A stretch of DNA of 64,000 nt from Cystobasidiomycetes sp. EMM_F5. Taxonomy: Eukaryota. The DNA is taken from assembly GCA_051047955.1 (NCBI GenBank), contig JBPGPT010000014.1, positions 248,001 to 312,000 of the forward strand, in the 5' to 3' direction. Numbering within the stretch: the stretch's first letter is position 1; every line of letters starts with the position of its first letter. The notes under the pieces are model-generated. The model was given only the letters and a program-made list of their open reading frames with translations. It made no database searches and was not told the DNA's origin. Both the position numbers and the translations under genes were made by a program. Below are positions 1 to 14,434 of this stretch, one piece after another.

Positions 1-1048
1 CCCAAGCTACTTCGCGCATTACTTCAGAGCCACGATACAGCATGGACCGCAGAATCTGGTCCTTATTGTCAGTATTAAGTATGAATTCGGTCCATGAGAG
101 CGAGCATACCTCGGTCGTCATGACAAGACAACTCGCTGTCGGATTTATCGTGACGTCGCCCGTCATCAAACCCACGTCACCAAATTCTGCGAGCATTTCC
201 CGGTATTTCTGATTAGATAACGCCTGTTGGACACCAAAATGTTCAGGCCCTGCGTGCTCAACACTCTCATTAGATCGCACCTTGATTGGACTGGTGTAGA
301 TTACACGCTGCTTGTCTCGCAAGCATTGCGCTATAGCGTACTCTGCAACAACCGTCTTTCCCGCCGACGTATGCGCAGAGACGAGTACTGATTCATCTCG
401 CTGTATGGAAGCCACACTGACTTTCTGGAAAGGGTCCAATTCAAATGGATACACTCGAGCAGGAACTGCAGGAGGGACATGCTTCGATAATGGAACATAT
501 GGATACCCGGGCGGTATGGCGACTTGGTGCCTCACTTGATGAGACAGCGTTATCTTGCCTCCAGCTTCTCCGGTAGCCGCACTGCTGCTTTGCAAGCCAG
601 CACTGGCATTGAACGCCACTGTCGCTTCCTCTTCGAACGAATCTCCAACAAGCGGTTGCTGCTCATCGTCCAAGACATCTAGCTTATTTCTGACTGCCTC
701 ATTGTCGCTTTTGTACTCCCTGAGCGCATTTCCATTTGCTAGACCACCCACAGTATCGCTAGCGGCGTGAGAATTGCTGCCGTTCTTTTGCTTCTTAGAC
801 GAGGAGTGTACATGCCCGTTGGGAACATTATCGGCTTTGGTGACTTCTTTCCGCTGTCTCGAATCATCGCTGCTCTCGCTGCCCTTTTGCGAATTGGTTT
901 CGTCGACTTCGCGATGCCGCCGTTTCTTTTTGCGCTCAGACTTGGTCGGACTCTCGACAATTGAGTCGGGCGCTGTATCTGCTACTAGCGCACTGGTGCT
1001 GGCCATAGGCTGCGCCGAGAAGGCTGCGAACAGGTCATCATCTTCCAT
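1..1048 (-). CDS. MTR4: ATP-dependent RNA helicase Mtr4/Dob1 (Ski2-like DExH); 5' part only, gene runs off the window start
   Basis: Manual minus-strand translation from ATG 1048: [10 protein letters not shown]...[57 protein letters not shown] / [38 protein letters not shown] / [18 protein letters not shown]. Two GT-AG introns. Not shown in the ORF track. Confidence 0.95.
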   Translation of the reverse strand, partial: MEDDDLFAAFSAQPMASTSALVADTAPDSIVESPTKSERKKKRRHREVDETNSQKGSESSDDSRQRKEVTKADNVPNGHVHSSSKKQKNGSNSHAASDTVGGLANGNALREYKSDNEAVRNKLDVLDDEQQPLVGDSFEEEATVAFNASAGLQSSSAATGEAGGKITLSHQVRHQVAIPPGYPYVPLSKHVPPAVPARVYPFELDPFQKVSVASIQRDESVLVSAHTSAGKTVVAEYAIAQCLRDKQRVIYTSPIKVRSNESVEHAGPEHFGVQQALSNQKYREMLAEFGDVGLMTGDVTINPTASCLVMTTEVCSLSWTEFILNTDNKDQILRSMLYRGSEVMREVAW

Positions 1049-1313
1049 TTTTCAGCGGCAGTGGGTTGTGTCGAAAGCTGACCGTGCAATGTTAAAATCT
1101 GTCTGATATCATGGCACCGAAGATCCGTCTGCACATTGCCGACTGAACGGCGATGCGTATCTATTGATATTCACGGGTATACATTTGAAATCATCCTGAA
1201 ATCGCAGAGTCCACTATGCTACTCCCAAATGCTGTCAGTGTCACCAGGTTGCGTTCGACTACTATGAAATGGATTGCTTGGGGCCCCGACTTGTATGAGA
1301 TGACATGTGTGAT

Positions 1314-1930
1314 TCATCGGTACACTTCGACGTTAAACAATTTTTTGACAGCCTCAGAGTGGCCTGTAACCCTATAAAGCAAAGACACGACATCAGCATT
1401 ACGAACAAGCGCGAGGACGGATAGTCATACCATATTGGACCTCCCCTCCAGAAGGGCAAGATGTCACCCTTGTCCTTCCTCCTGCGTTCGATGTGTTCCA
1501 TGATTTCGCCGTTTTGAAACAGGCGGACATCCTTGCCGCTGACTTTCCCATCGCGCCTACTGGCCGCAAGCATCCACAAACCGACAGCATCGAGTTGACT
1601 TGTCAGACCTCCGTTCTGAGTCTGGGAAGCGATGTGTGCAAGCTCTCCTCTCGTGTAGCGCTTGTCAGAATCTATCGAAGGGAAAGCACTTGGGCCTCCT
1701 AGTAGTTTTCGAGCGGAACGAACGGATGGGACGTGGATGCTCAAAGATAAAAAGCCACAGTTGCCAAAGATGAGGTGTCGGATGGAGGCGAGCAAGAGGG
1801 CCAGAGGAGCATTCAGGCCGAGACTGAGATCTCCCCTAAAAGAATCCATGAAAGAGACATGTTCGGAATTGGGAGATCTGCCTTTCTTTGCAAAGAAGGT
1901 CAGTAGTCTGTGGAAGGGTGGATTCGACAT
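1314..1930 (-). CDS. Divergent caleosin/peroxygenase-like protein, 2 exons
   Basis: LTFF...SFRGDLSLGLN then a hydrophobic stretch, and C-terminal LWMLAASRRDGKVSGKDVRLFQNGEIMEHIERRR resembling the caleosin C-terminus. An intron after GGPIW (GTATGA...TTTATAG) gives the ending WVTGHSEAVKKLFNVEVYR*. Confidence 0.55.
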
Positions 1931-2235
1931 GGTTCGCGTTGCCGCTGTCTAGACCTGCAGGATTACAAGAAATTCGCTGTTTGCTGATCGATGACGCGGG
2001 TGGATAGCTATAGTCCGGCAGGTGATGTGCGTTCTTCTCTGTTGAAGCTTTGTGTAGCTTCTTACTCATCCGAAGACTTTTACAATACCATACGCTTTGC
2101 AGTATCGTCTTGCTTGTTCTGCCTGATGTTTGCCGGCTAACGAGGGCTTCTTTGCCTGAACTTTGCCCCGCTGCTGTTTGGCTTTCTATACATTCACCTG
2201 CAAGGTAATCTATCTGACTCTCAAGAAACAACGTC

Positions 2236-4465
<2,230 letters not shown>

Positions 4466-4741
4466 AGGGTGGAATAACCAGTATGTCTCCCCGGACAGAA
4501 CTTTACCGAATCTGAGGAGGCCCGCAAGCGCTACCGCACGGTTTGTAGACAGAAGTAATGATAGACATAGGCTCGAAACGGTCTCGATGAACGATGTTTC
4601 CAATGTTTGCGCTGCCAGCGGACTAGCTTGTGCCGTGTTTGCATGTGCGGCACCTGTGGCGGATCACGTAGACCTCGTGGTGGTGTCACTCAGCCAGACT
4701 CCGCTTGACGGCGACCCATCCAGCGTGCAGCATCCAACAAA

Positions 4742-7699
4742 ATGACACATCGTCTGACTCCCGATACCCTGCTGAGCCTACCGCGCCCGTCTGCCGCTAT
4801 TCCTAATCCGAGCGGTACCTTCTACATCCTGCCCTACACGCAGTTCAGCTTTGATACCGGCAGGACTACCCGTTCGGTTGCCCTCGGAGAGATCCCTCGC
4901 ATTCGTAAAGAGGACTCTGAAGCATCCGGCAAGCACGACGTACCAGATGTTGTTGACCTCCTGTCCAATCTCCGGTACTCGGAGGTCGCCTGGCTGGACG
5001 ATGAAACAGTCATCTATTTGAGACCGCGAGGCTCAGAGACTGACACGCCTGACGTGGCTGTTGAGCTGAGCGATGAAGATTTCAAAAAGCAGCTGGACAA
5101 GGACGATAATCAACAGCCAGGTCGCGACATCTGGTGCAAAACAATATCTGGATCATCCTACAGGGTTGGAACAGTACCGGTTGAGTAAGTTTGTCAATTC
5201 TATGTGCAGAAGGCATATCGTTGATGACGATTTTGTGCACTGGACAGAATTGCTGATCTGAAGGTAGCACAGACCTCGCCGTCTGACGCAATCTTGGCAT
5301 TCTCCGTAGAGGTTTATCCCGATGAGCCATCTCTGGATGCAGTCGATAGACTGGACAAGAAGGCAACCGACGCAAAGAAGGGTGCGGATGTGCAAGTATT
5401 CGACAAGCTGTTCGTCAGGCACTGGGATGCTTGGACAACCGAAAAGAAGAAGCTCGTTTTTTGCGTCAACATTGCAAAACGATCAGAATTATCAGTGCAT
5501 GACGACGAGTCGGATGACGTTGACCTGTGTTCGGTGTCCAGCGAGGACAACAGCAATGCGGAAGTGAATAACGGGACAAAGAGCGCCAAAGATGCAGTGT
5601 GGAGAATGACGTCCAAGCCTGCATCGCCCTTGGCTGGCTTCCACAACATAGAATGTCCTGGCAAACCTTTCGGCGGTACCAACGATTTCGACGTAATCGC
5701 AAACCACCTCGCCTTTGTTGCCAAAGATCCGCACCTACCAGAAGCATGGCATACTCGAATGCATGTGTATGTAGTGCCACTGTTTGCCAAAAATGAGGAA
5801 GAAAAGAAGCCAAAATGCCTCACGTCAGGCGGAGGTGCTCGCAGTTACCCGATATTCTCACCTTCGGCGAAAGCGCAGGCGAACAGCCGTGAAAAGAAGG
5901 GTAAACTCGCTTGGCTAGAGATGCGAAAAGACGGATATGAAGCAGACAGGAATCGCATTATGGTTTACGACGTCGAGACGGATCAAAAGTACGAGTTGTT
6001 GGAACGCACTACAGCATTCAGCCCCACGTCGCTTACTTGGGGCGAAGGTGATAGCACACTGCTCGGTGCAGCAGATGTGAGTACTGTGCTGTAAACCCAA
6101 GCGGTCGTTGGGTTGACACTGGGCTCAGCTCGAAGGTCACAAAGTTCTTTTCGCATTTGATGTGCCAACAGATCTAACAAGTCTCGAAAAATCTGATGCT
6201 ACCTGGAAGCAATTAACACATTCTGGCACCGTATCGTCTTTCCGAGTATTGCCTACGATAGTCACGAAGAAGGCTCAGGGCAAGCCGAGCGCGCCACCAG
6301 CAGCGACAAACCTGCTTGTCACTGTCAACAGCTTCACATCCCCTAACGAAGCGTTTCATCTGGCTTACCATGTGGGACGATCAGAAAAGGCGCAGCTTAC
6401 ACGTATTTCGAAGCTATCGAGCGGGCTTGTTGTAAACTTGTCTATGGATTCTTCGGAAGAGTTTTGGTTTACCGGCGCAGATCCATCAAGAACCGTGCAT
6501 GGTTTTCTTCTCCGACCTCATGGCTACGAGAAGGGTAAGAAGTATGGTCTAGCTTTCCTTGTTCACGGCGGTCCACAGTCTGCGTGGAACAGCTCCTGGA
6601 GCACGCGTTGGAATCTCAATGCCTGGACAGCGCAGGGATATGTTGTTGTGGCAATAAATCCCACTGGCAGTACTGGTTACGGCCAAGATTTTGTTGACGC
6701 TATCAATTGCAATGTGCGTTTTATCCGGCAAGCTACATTTGCAATATCAGAGCTGATCTACGTCACTGAACATAGATGGGAGGATCTCCATTCAAGGACC
6801 TTGTATCAGGCTTAGAATTTGTGAAGCGAACATACAGCGAATTGATTGATACAGAGAGAATGGTTATGCTTGGCGCTGTGAGTCCGTCGTGAGTCTGCAC
6901 ACGATGCATACTAAGCCTGAAACATGTTAGTCATACGGCGGCTATATGGCAAATTGGATCCAGTAGGCTTGAGTACTGACATACCATGTTGTGCGCAAAG
7001 CTGACATTCCACCAAGGGGGCATAACGATGTGACAAAATTCAAGGCTATCGTATGCCATGATGGCATCCTTGATACAAAACATGTCTGGTACTCTGGCGA
7101 CGAGCTTTATTTCCCCGTACGCTGCACACCGCTTCAAGTGAAGCCTCAGCGCTTTGCTGACAGCTTCTCCTTAGGAACACGACTTGGGAGGTACTCCCTG
7201 GGACGCACAAGCGGAATACGAGAAGTGGAATCCTATTAACCACATACACAATTGGAATGTGAGCTTGACTCAATTCTATACATTCAGGGGAGGAACTAAT
7301 CAGTCTTTCAGACACCGGAACTTATCATTCATGGCGGCCTTGACTACAGATTGCGTCAGTCTTCTTCTACGATCTAGCAGGCGCAATCTTCTGACGGCGA
7401 CATGCAGCGGAAACGGAGGGCATTGGTGCATTCAACATCCTACAACGCAGAGGCGTTCCATCAAAGCTAGTATATTTTCCGAAGGAGAATGTAAGTCGCG
7501 GCACGGACTCGAATCCGCCCACTTCAGCCTGACGTTCTGCCTTGTCGCAGCATTGGGTCATCAACCCGTACAACTCTAGGAGATGGCACGAAGAGATATT
7601 TGCATGGATGGAGTAAGCTTCTCTCGCTCGCGATGCCTGCTTGAGACCGTGCTGAGAACGTTATCCAGGGAATGGGTGGGAACAGGTCCTAGCGCATAA
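4742..7699 (+). CDS. S9-family (prolyl oligopeptidase clan) dipeptidyl-peptidase 5-like protein, multi-exon
   Basis: Motifs FDKLFVRHWD, GYEADRNRI, FLVHGGPQSAW, INPTGSTGYGQ. Spliced catalytic motifs GA/SYGG, HGGLDYRL/PE and FPKEN/HW. Confidence 0.92.
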
Positions 7700-7968
7700 G
7701 AATGTAGCGCGCTGCACTAGATAGCATCGTGTGTAGCTGTAGCTGTTACGGCCACCCTTCCTGTAGTATACGCTCTTTCGATAAGCCTGTACATGTATAG
7801 TTGCGTCGATTGCTGTCAGCGCAGCCTGCAGTCCACACTGCGGTCATCTACGCGTAACGCCCCGCAGGTCTGAACATTGGTTATACGGTGATCCAAACAC
7901 GTCAGCAAGGGCTCTGATAATGCCGTTCAAAGTTCTGCGCTGACCTCGCTTCACATTCCATCACCACA

Positions 7969-8432
7969 ATGTCGTCAATGTCCTCACAGATGCGCCTGCT
8001 GTCTATCGGCTTCCTCGTAACTTTGGCATTCGCGGCGGCAGCTATGGCTCTCGGTACTGCTAGCGACAGCCCTGTTGGTGCAGCCAGCATACCGCACTCG
8101 TACATAATGGCACTGGATGCCGACACGACAAAGGATACTCGAGATCAGATCGTAAAGACGCTTGAGGCCCAGGGTGCAAAGGTGAGGCTTGACAGTGTCA
8201 GTGATGCTAAGACACTGCTCACGATACTCTGTCCTCGTATCTCCAGATTACAAGTCTGATTGACTACCCGGGCATCATGCAAGCAATCAACTTTGTCGAC
8301 ACTGCCAGCGAGAGCGGACAAGTCGAAATGCAGACACAAGAAGCAAAGATTCAAGCCTGGTCCAGCTGCGTTGCATCATTTGGTGACAAGGTCGTTTCCG
8401 TAGAGCAGGACCAGATAGTCCGCACGCAATAG
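7969..8432 (+). CDS. Secreted peptidase inhibitor I9 (subtilisin-propeptide-like) protein, 2 exons
   Basis: Hydrophobic signal peptide, then SYIMAL...IVKTLEAQGAK/ITSLIDYPGIMQAINF and C-terminal VSVEQDQIVRTQ*, typical of I9 proteins. Intron 8182-8246. Confidence 0.75.
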
Positions 8433-8877
8433 ACTGGTCGCGCCAATACCACCGAGTCCTTCATCACAGTACTTCATGTAGCCTGTCGTGCTGACTATAG
8501 ATACTACAAATCACGTCCTCAGCTGTAGCATATACTCACGCTTGGTCAAATGCAGAAAGCTTTCGATTTCGATTTGAGTGCCGGCAAACGGCCGAGACCT
8601 CTGCGATTTCTCCGCAAACAGCTAGCGGAATACATGCTGTATTAACATCCTTTCACTGACACTCGAGGCTGTGCTGAGGGTCCTGCTGGGCCGTTAGAAC
8701 AGTTAGGACTGTCAGGCTGGTTACGGCGGAGTCTCTGTCTCACTACTGTCCGAACTTTGCGACCCAAACCAACTCTACACGCTCCCTCATTCCACTCCAA
8801 CACTTGGCACACCCAGTGGTGTACCCGATATATCACGACTCCCTCCTCTGATCAACAACAGCCTCAGTCTTCACGCG

Positions 8878-10463
8878 ATGAACGCTCCATTCGTGGCTCA
8901 TAATCCCTCTAATGCTGCTGATCCGTTCAATTACATCCGGCCAACAAATCAAGTCGTGTTGCTGCTCTCCCGTGATCATAGCTTTCCACCATTTCCGCTC
9001 GAATTAGCGGGTTCAGTCAGTACATTTCCCCTGCTTGGAATGCAAATAGCAACTAACGCATGTGCTGTAACAGATCGATGAGAAGGAGTGGTACACCCGT
9101 ATGGACGCTCTGCACTATGCTCTACACAAAACTTGGCACTGGGCCGAAAAGGCAATGTTCGCTTTCGCCTTCATTGCATCTATTGCCATGGTACGTTCTG
9201 CTGAATTGACAGGGGGATTTCACTGAGTCGTATTTATAGCCATGGCCAATTATCGGACTCATTTCCAGATACATGGGATCTGATGGCAATAGCTGGGTTG
9301 ACGGCGACGGCAGCTCGTCATCTTCCGTAGTCTCGTCTGCTATCGCCTCAGCTTCAACTTTCGCAACTCCCTCTCTTACTCCTGCTGCTGCATCGACAAG
9401 CAGCGCGTCTTCTTCGACTGCAGCGCCGTCCCTGACTGCTGCGGCTGCTTCCCAATCAGCAAAATTTCTGCTACGTGCTCGTCAATACAGTGGACCTCAG
9501 GCATCCACCACCTCGGCTTGGTCGGATAGAGACTCTTCAGACGGCTACTATGACTATGCGGGCAACGGGTCAGTTCGAGCGATATTTGGAATGATGTCTC
9601 GGAGTATGACGGTCTGACCTTTTATTCAAGATATTGGCAGGACAACTTCACAGATGGAATGAGATGGGCAGCTATCGCTACTCTACTAGGTCTGCTGATT
9701 GTCGCATGGGCACCGTGGATGATCTACTCCATCCGCGTAAGCTGATTGATCCTGAACACGCGTCCTGTCGCTGACTGTCTCTTTTGATCAGAACAACCGA
9801 CGACTTACAAACCTACTCAAGCAATGGAACGAGAGCGACGAGAAACTCGGTACCATGCGAGCTCTGTTCTGGAACCTGGACAAGGCTCCCGCATTCAGCA
9901 ATGCCAAGCTCTTGACTATTACCCTTCCTCCAACTTATCGTCAACAACCGAGCATTTTCCATTCCAACGCCTACCCACCATCATATGGCTTCGGTAACGG
10001 CACGAACCTGCCCGGCTATGGTGACGGCAGTGCAGTGTTAGCCTCTGGCGGACCTGCGATGGACGGCAAGAAAGATTGGATGGAACCGCCTACATTCGCT
10101 GATCCTCACCAAAACACTGGCGCCGCACACAACTACGGTCAGAGCGAAGCGTACCGCCGAGACGAGAGCGACTTCGCCACGAACCAAGAACAGGACAATA
10201 TGGATACCGTTCTCGCCGATCACAATGGTACGGCACTCGCCCGACATGATTCTGTCGCGTCCTATGCTACAATGAGAACAGCGCCCATGTCTGCGCGCCA
10301 ATTCCAGGCTGCTCCACCTGCAGCTGATGACGTCAATGATCCTAATTACCCACACAATCTGTCTGGTCAAGCCGAACAGCAATTCGCTGACTCTCATGAG
10401 ACCGTCCAGCCTCTTCGTCTCACACGTTCGTCTTACCACGGACAGAACGCAGATACAGTCTGA
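8878..10463 (+). CDS. Hypothetical membrane protein with two predicted TM helices around a Ser/Ala/Thr-rich loop, 5 exons
   Basis: Spliced model: ...FPPFPLELAGS/IDEKEWYTRMDALH...AMFAFAFIASIAM/PWPIIGLI, then an S/A/T-rich segment, then WAAIATLLGLLIVAWAPWMIYSIR/NNRRLTNLLKQWN and a disordered tail. Confidence 0.7.
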
Positions 10464-10654
10464 CGCAAGTCGGGACATGTATCGAGTAAGTCAGGAGGCC
10501 GCCTTTGCATCGCTTCCCATAAAACAATATTGTAGCCAGCCAATCGAATGCGAACATGAATAGCACACGGATCGCATAAAAATAACGGCGGCGTTCCAGT
10601 ATTTGCTAGTATATTGAGGCCACCTGCTCTTGTCACACAACAGTTCTTGTTCCA

Positions 10655-10684
10655 TATGGAAGTGAGGTTATGGAAGTGAGGTTA
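10655..10684. repeat. Tandem duplication of 14-bp unit TATGGAAGTGAGGT (x2)
   Basis: Directly visible as tatggaagtgaggt-tatggaagtgaggt-ta, in the gap between two convergent genes. Confidence 0.85.
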
Positions 10685-10757
10685 CGTTCCCAGCGAGGCA
10701 TGTCCAAGTCGGCATTGCAAGGCGTTTGGTGAGCCAAGACACACACATCATGATGAG

Positions 10758-12578
10758 TCACTCGCCATTGTCGAAGTCATTTTGCCCGCCTCCTATGCGG
10801 TCGCCGTAGGGATCTTTTGACAGCAAGGCGATGTCGGGATACAAGGTCATCGTGTTAGGGTAAGGCGTCTCAGCTGACGTTGCCAATGCGCAAGCGTTGA
10901 GCGTTGAGCCTGTTGAATGTTCGCACAGTACAAGTTTACCGGACGCATCGACTTGCATGACTTGAACAAATTGAGCATCGGCTGAGGCAGAGTCGATTTC
11001 CGCAATGCTTTTGGACACCCAGAGTAGTGAAGCATGCGCATTGGCTGCAATGTCCAAAACTGGTGTATCCAGTAGAATAAGTCGCGGCTCTTCTGACTTG
11101 CCGTCACCCCTTGGTCCAGCCAGCAAGGCCCGAGTAGGATAAGCTAATAACGCAGAGGATCTGAAATTTACATCAGTTGAGTATTGGCGACTTCGAAGTG
11201 CAGTCAGCTCACCCGATCGAGCTGAAGATGGTCAGTCCCGTTTCCGGACTGCCGAGATGCACAATTTTGCGAATACCCAATTCAAGCTTCTTAATCTTTG
11301 TAGATGGTCTATTGACCTGATCAGGGGGGTCCTGACCCTCAGATTCGTCCTCGTCACCATTCGCGTCGTCCTGCTGTTCCTTTGGCTCATCCAGCTTTGC
11401 CTTCTTTAACTTTTCTGCGCGCAGTACTTTCCGATGATGCCGACGTCGCTTGACCTTTCCATACTCGCTTCTCTCGAGCTGAACTTGTACCTCTGCGTGG
11501 CCTTTGAGAGCAGCTAGCGAAATCACGGCCTCGGTGGTCATTGTCGTCGTGTTCCACAGCCTTGCGACATCATCACCTCCCGCTGTGATGAGGATATTTG
11601 GATCAGATGGATGTAGTCCAATGACTGAAACGAATCTGCATGTAGGTTTGGTTAGCCTTAAAAACAATACGTGCGGAGATACACCTAGATTGCAAGCTCA
11701 CGCTCTATGTCCCATGAGGAAGCGCTCGATCTGCCATCCTTTCGGCCACTTGCTGACTCGTACATGCTCATCACGGTCGGCCGTTATTATGCGGTTCCTG
11801 CTGTCGAGTACGAGCATGCATGTAATCATGCTAACGTGACCTAAAAGAGGAGCGGTCTCGGAGACTCGGGCAGGGACATGTCTCCATTCTGGCTGTTTCA
11901 TGTTACCCTTTTGTATGCCATACTGCTTGTACATCGGAGTCTTGTCGGTGATGGGAGCGGCTGCTTTCGAAGCTTCTGCCTCTATTGCTGGCGCTGGGGG
12001 GTCCGGCAAATCTGATTCGCATCCAAACATTGGGTATCTGCGTCAATTTTGTGCATCGTTCAGTCGACTGAATGACCATGCACGGAGCAGGGTTACCTAC
12101 GCGTACACATCTCCGAATTTGTCTGCTACGACCAAGGTTTTGCCGTCTTCGCTAATACATAGGCAGTTTGCCCTCTTTACGATCTCTCTGCCTGCATGAT
12201 CAGCAAAGAGCAATAGGATCAAATTTCATTCTGCTCACCGCTGTTCTACTAAGCTGAGCTGAACTTGCCCGGCTTCATCTTGCGAGACGTGCCATTCTTT
12301 GACGAGCTTGTCCTCTGCCGACGAAACAATCTTTGTATCTTTATGCCATACGATATTTCTGACCATAGATCCAGGTGCATGCGCATCTTCAGTCTTGGTT
12401 GTAGCTACCAATTTCCCAGATCTAGCGTTATGCCGCCGTCAGTCTCGCTTGTGACCAATATTGTTTTTCGCTAGACCAACTTGACATCGATGAGCTGAAA
12501 TATATTGGCACAAGCTGCAGCGATCAGATTTCCAGAAGGCGATAGCTGCAGCGCATGCAACGGCAGCCTGGCAGTCAT
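10758..12578 (-). CDS. TRM82: tRNA (guanine-N7)-methyltransferase non-catalytic WD40 subunit Trm82/WDR4, multi-exon
   Basis: Motifs LVVADKFGDVY, LLGHVSMITC, IITADRDEHVRVSKWP, IERFLMGH, LITAGGD. Start MTARLPLH at 12578. Confidence 0.92.
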
Positions 12579-12634
12579 CTTTTCGGACGTAGCAGTCAGC
12601 GCGAAGCCAAAACCGTACAAATAAATTTCGTCGA

Positions 12635-13558
12635 ATGACCAAAGCCGCAAAACGGAAAGCCCCAGCAAGTCTTGCAAAGCTATGTGCTGTCTGCTCCGAA
12701 AATGCAGCAAAGTACCACTGTCCGGCCGATAAAACTCCGTAGTGAGTACAAATGTAGAATTCCTGTCGAATGGCCGATAATTAAGTGGCTAATCTGCTAT
12801 GTGTTTGTAGCTGCTCTGTAGCTTGCTTCAAGCTTCACAAAGGTGTCGAAGAGACCGCTTATTGATGTCATCACAAGGCTGACTATATTGCTGGCAGCGA
12901 AAGCATGTACTGCGGCTGCCACACTTACAACGACATCGCCCAAACCTGAAGCAGTAGACAACGGTATCCACGAGAGGCGTCCTATAGAAGACAAGCGAGA
13001 TGATATTCCCACGCGCAGTCTTGCGTCTCTCTGCTGGCCGCCAGACCCACTGGAAGATGGTCTGAACGCCCTGAATGATCCTCTGAACCGCGATGAACCA
13101 AAGCCACTGCTTCATAGTGAGCTACTAGCCATAGGTATAGTTTGCCCAGTGATCACCGTCGTGGCCGTACCTGTCTTGACTGTTTGTCCGCAGCGAAATC
13201 CGTCCCACTCAGGCGATTGCTAGCAAAGCACCCACATTTGAAAGATCTGCTCACGAACATATCAAAGATTCCCAATCAGCCCCCTCGGTATCCACAGGAA
13301 GTTCGTATCAGAAATGTTCTTGGTATAGGCGATGGCGATGGGGTTCCGCGACACCTGTCTTACAGACCGGGTGAAGAGGCAGACAAGGCCAAAGAGCAGG
13401 CTGCGAGGTTTCGACCGGGAGGTGTGCCGCCTCCGTCATCAGCCTACGTGCGAGAGGAGGATAGACAAGCACTGTTGGAATTTCAGCAGCTCATCAAGCA
13501 GATTCTGCAGAATGAGAGGAGGGGAAATCAGCCGAGCACACTCATGGGCGAAGCTTAG
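12635..13558 (+). CDS. HIT1: HIT-type zinc finger protein (Hit1/ZNHIT3-like, box C/D snoRNP assembly), 4 exons
   Basis: Spliced MTKAAKRKAPASLAKLCAVCSENAAKYHCPADKTPY/CSVACFKLHK zf-HIT, followed by WPPDP...DPL...KPL and a helical C-terminal domain. Confidence 0.75.
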
Positions 13559-13640
13559 CGGATTTTGATCAGGCGAAGCACACTGTCCATATGGCAGAGA
13601 TGGGTGGATTATGCCATTCTCGAGAACACTGTAAGAAATG

Positions 13641-14320
13641 CTACAAATCGCAGGATCCGTCGGCAGGTCCATCTTTCCACCGCTCCAGTACTCTAGAGCA
13701 ATCAAATTCCTGCTTTCCTAGGCGGGTATTGACTTCATTGTGTATTTGACACAGCCATTGACTGAGACTCCACCTAGACGACACGTCTGGCGGTCCTAGT
13801 CGCTTCATCTCCTTTTCCAACTCATCTGCACAGTACCGGCAGGGATATAGGCTAGGCAAGCTCCCAAACAGGCCCATTGCATTCTTCTTGTGAGATTCGC
13901 TCGGTCGTTCTGGGTAGTATGCCGCGGTGGAATGTAAAAACGTCCACGTATGTCGACCCAACTTCTCCACATCGGCTGGACAGTCGCGATAAGCAGCGGG
14001 AACACCTTGTTTGATCTGAGTGGCAGCTACAGCCGCGGACCCTGCTAGTCCAGTGTTGATTGATGAATGTGCTTTCTGCTTGCCCTTGCCGCCAGCTGCA
14101 GCAATTGCGCCAAATGATTTCAAGCTATTGCAAGCCTGCAAGGAGTCCTACGTAAGCTATTGTCCGGAATCTGAAGATTGTGCGCATATCCCACTTTGCA
14201 TGGCTTGCCGTCTGGCCCAAGAATGACGCCGTTGGGTCCAATTCTGTAGCCCGGCGCGAGTTTCGAGGATGATGCAGCGCCCAGCGGTGGTCTGTTCTCG
14301 TCCACAGCTACGTCTGCCAT
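13641..14320 (-). CDS. ERV1: Mitochondrial intermembrane-space FAD-linked sulfhydryl oxidase Erv1/ALR, 2 exons
   Basis: Shuttle CxxC in GPDGKPCK/AC, then CPADVEKLGRHTWTFLHSTAAYYP, YPCRYCA, WLCQIHNEVNTRLGKQEFDC and ERWKDGPADGSC. Confidence 0.96.
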
Positions 14321-14434
14321 GTTGTTCAAGTTAGTCTGTGAAGTACTTGCGCGTTCCTCTTCAATACGGCCTTCAAACGGTGATCAAGACCACAACAAGC
14401 AATCCTTTTTTGCGCACCACCCATACTCTGCAGA

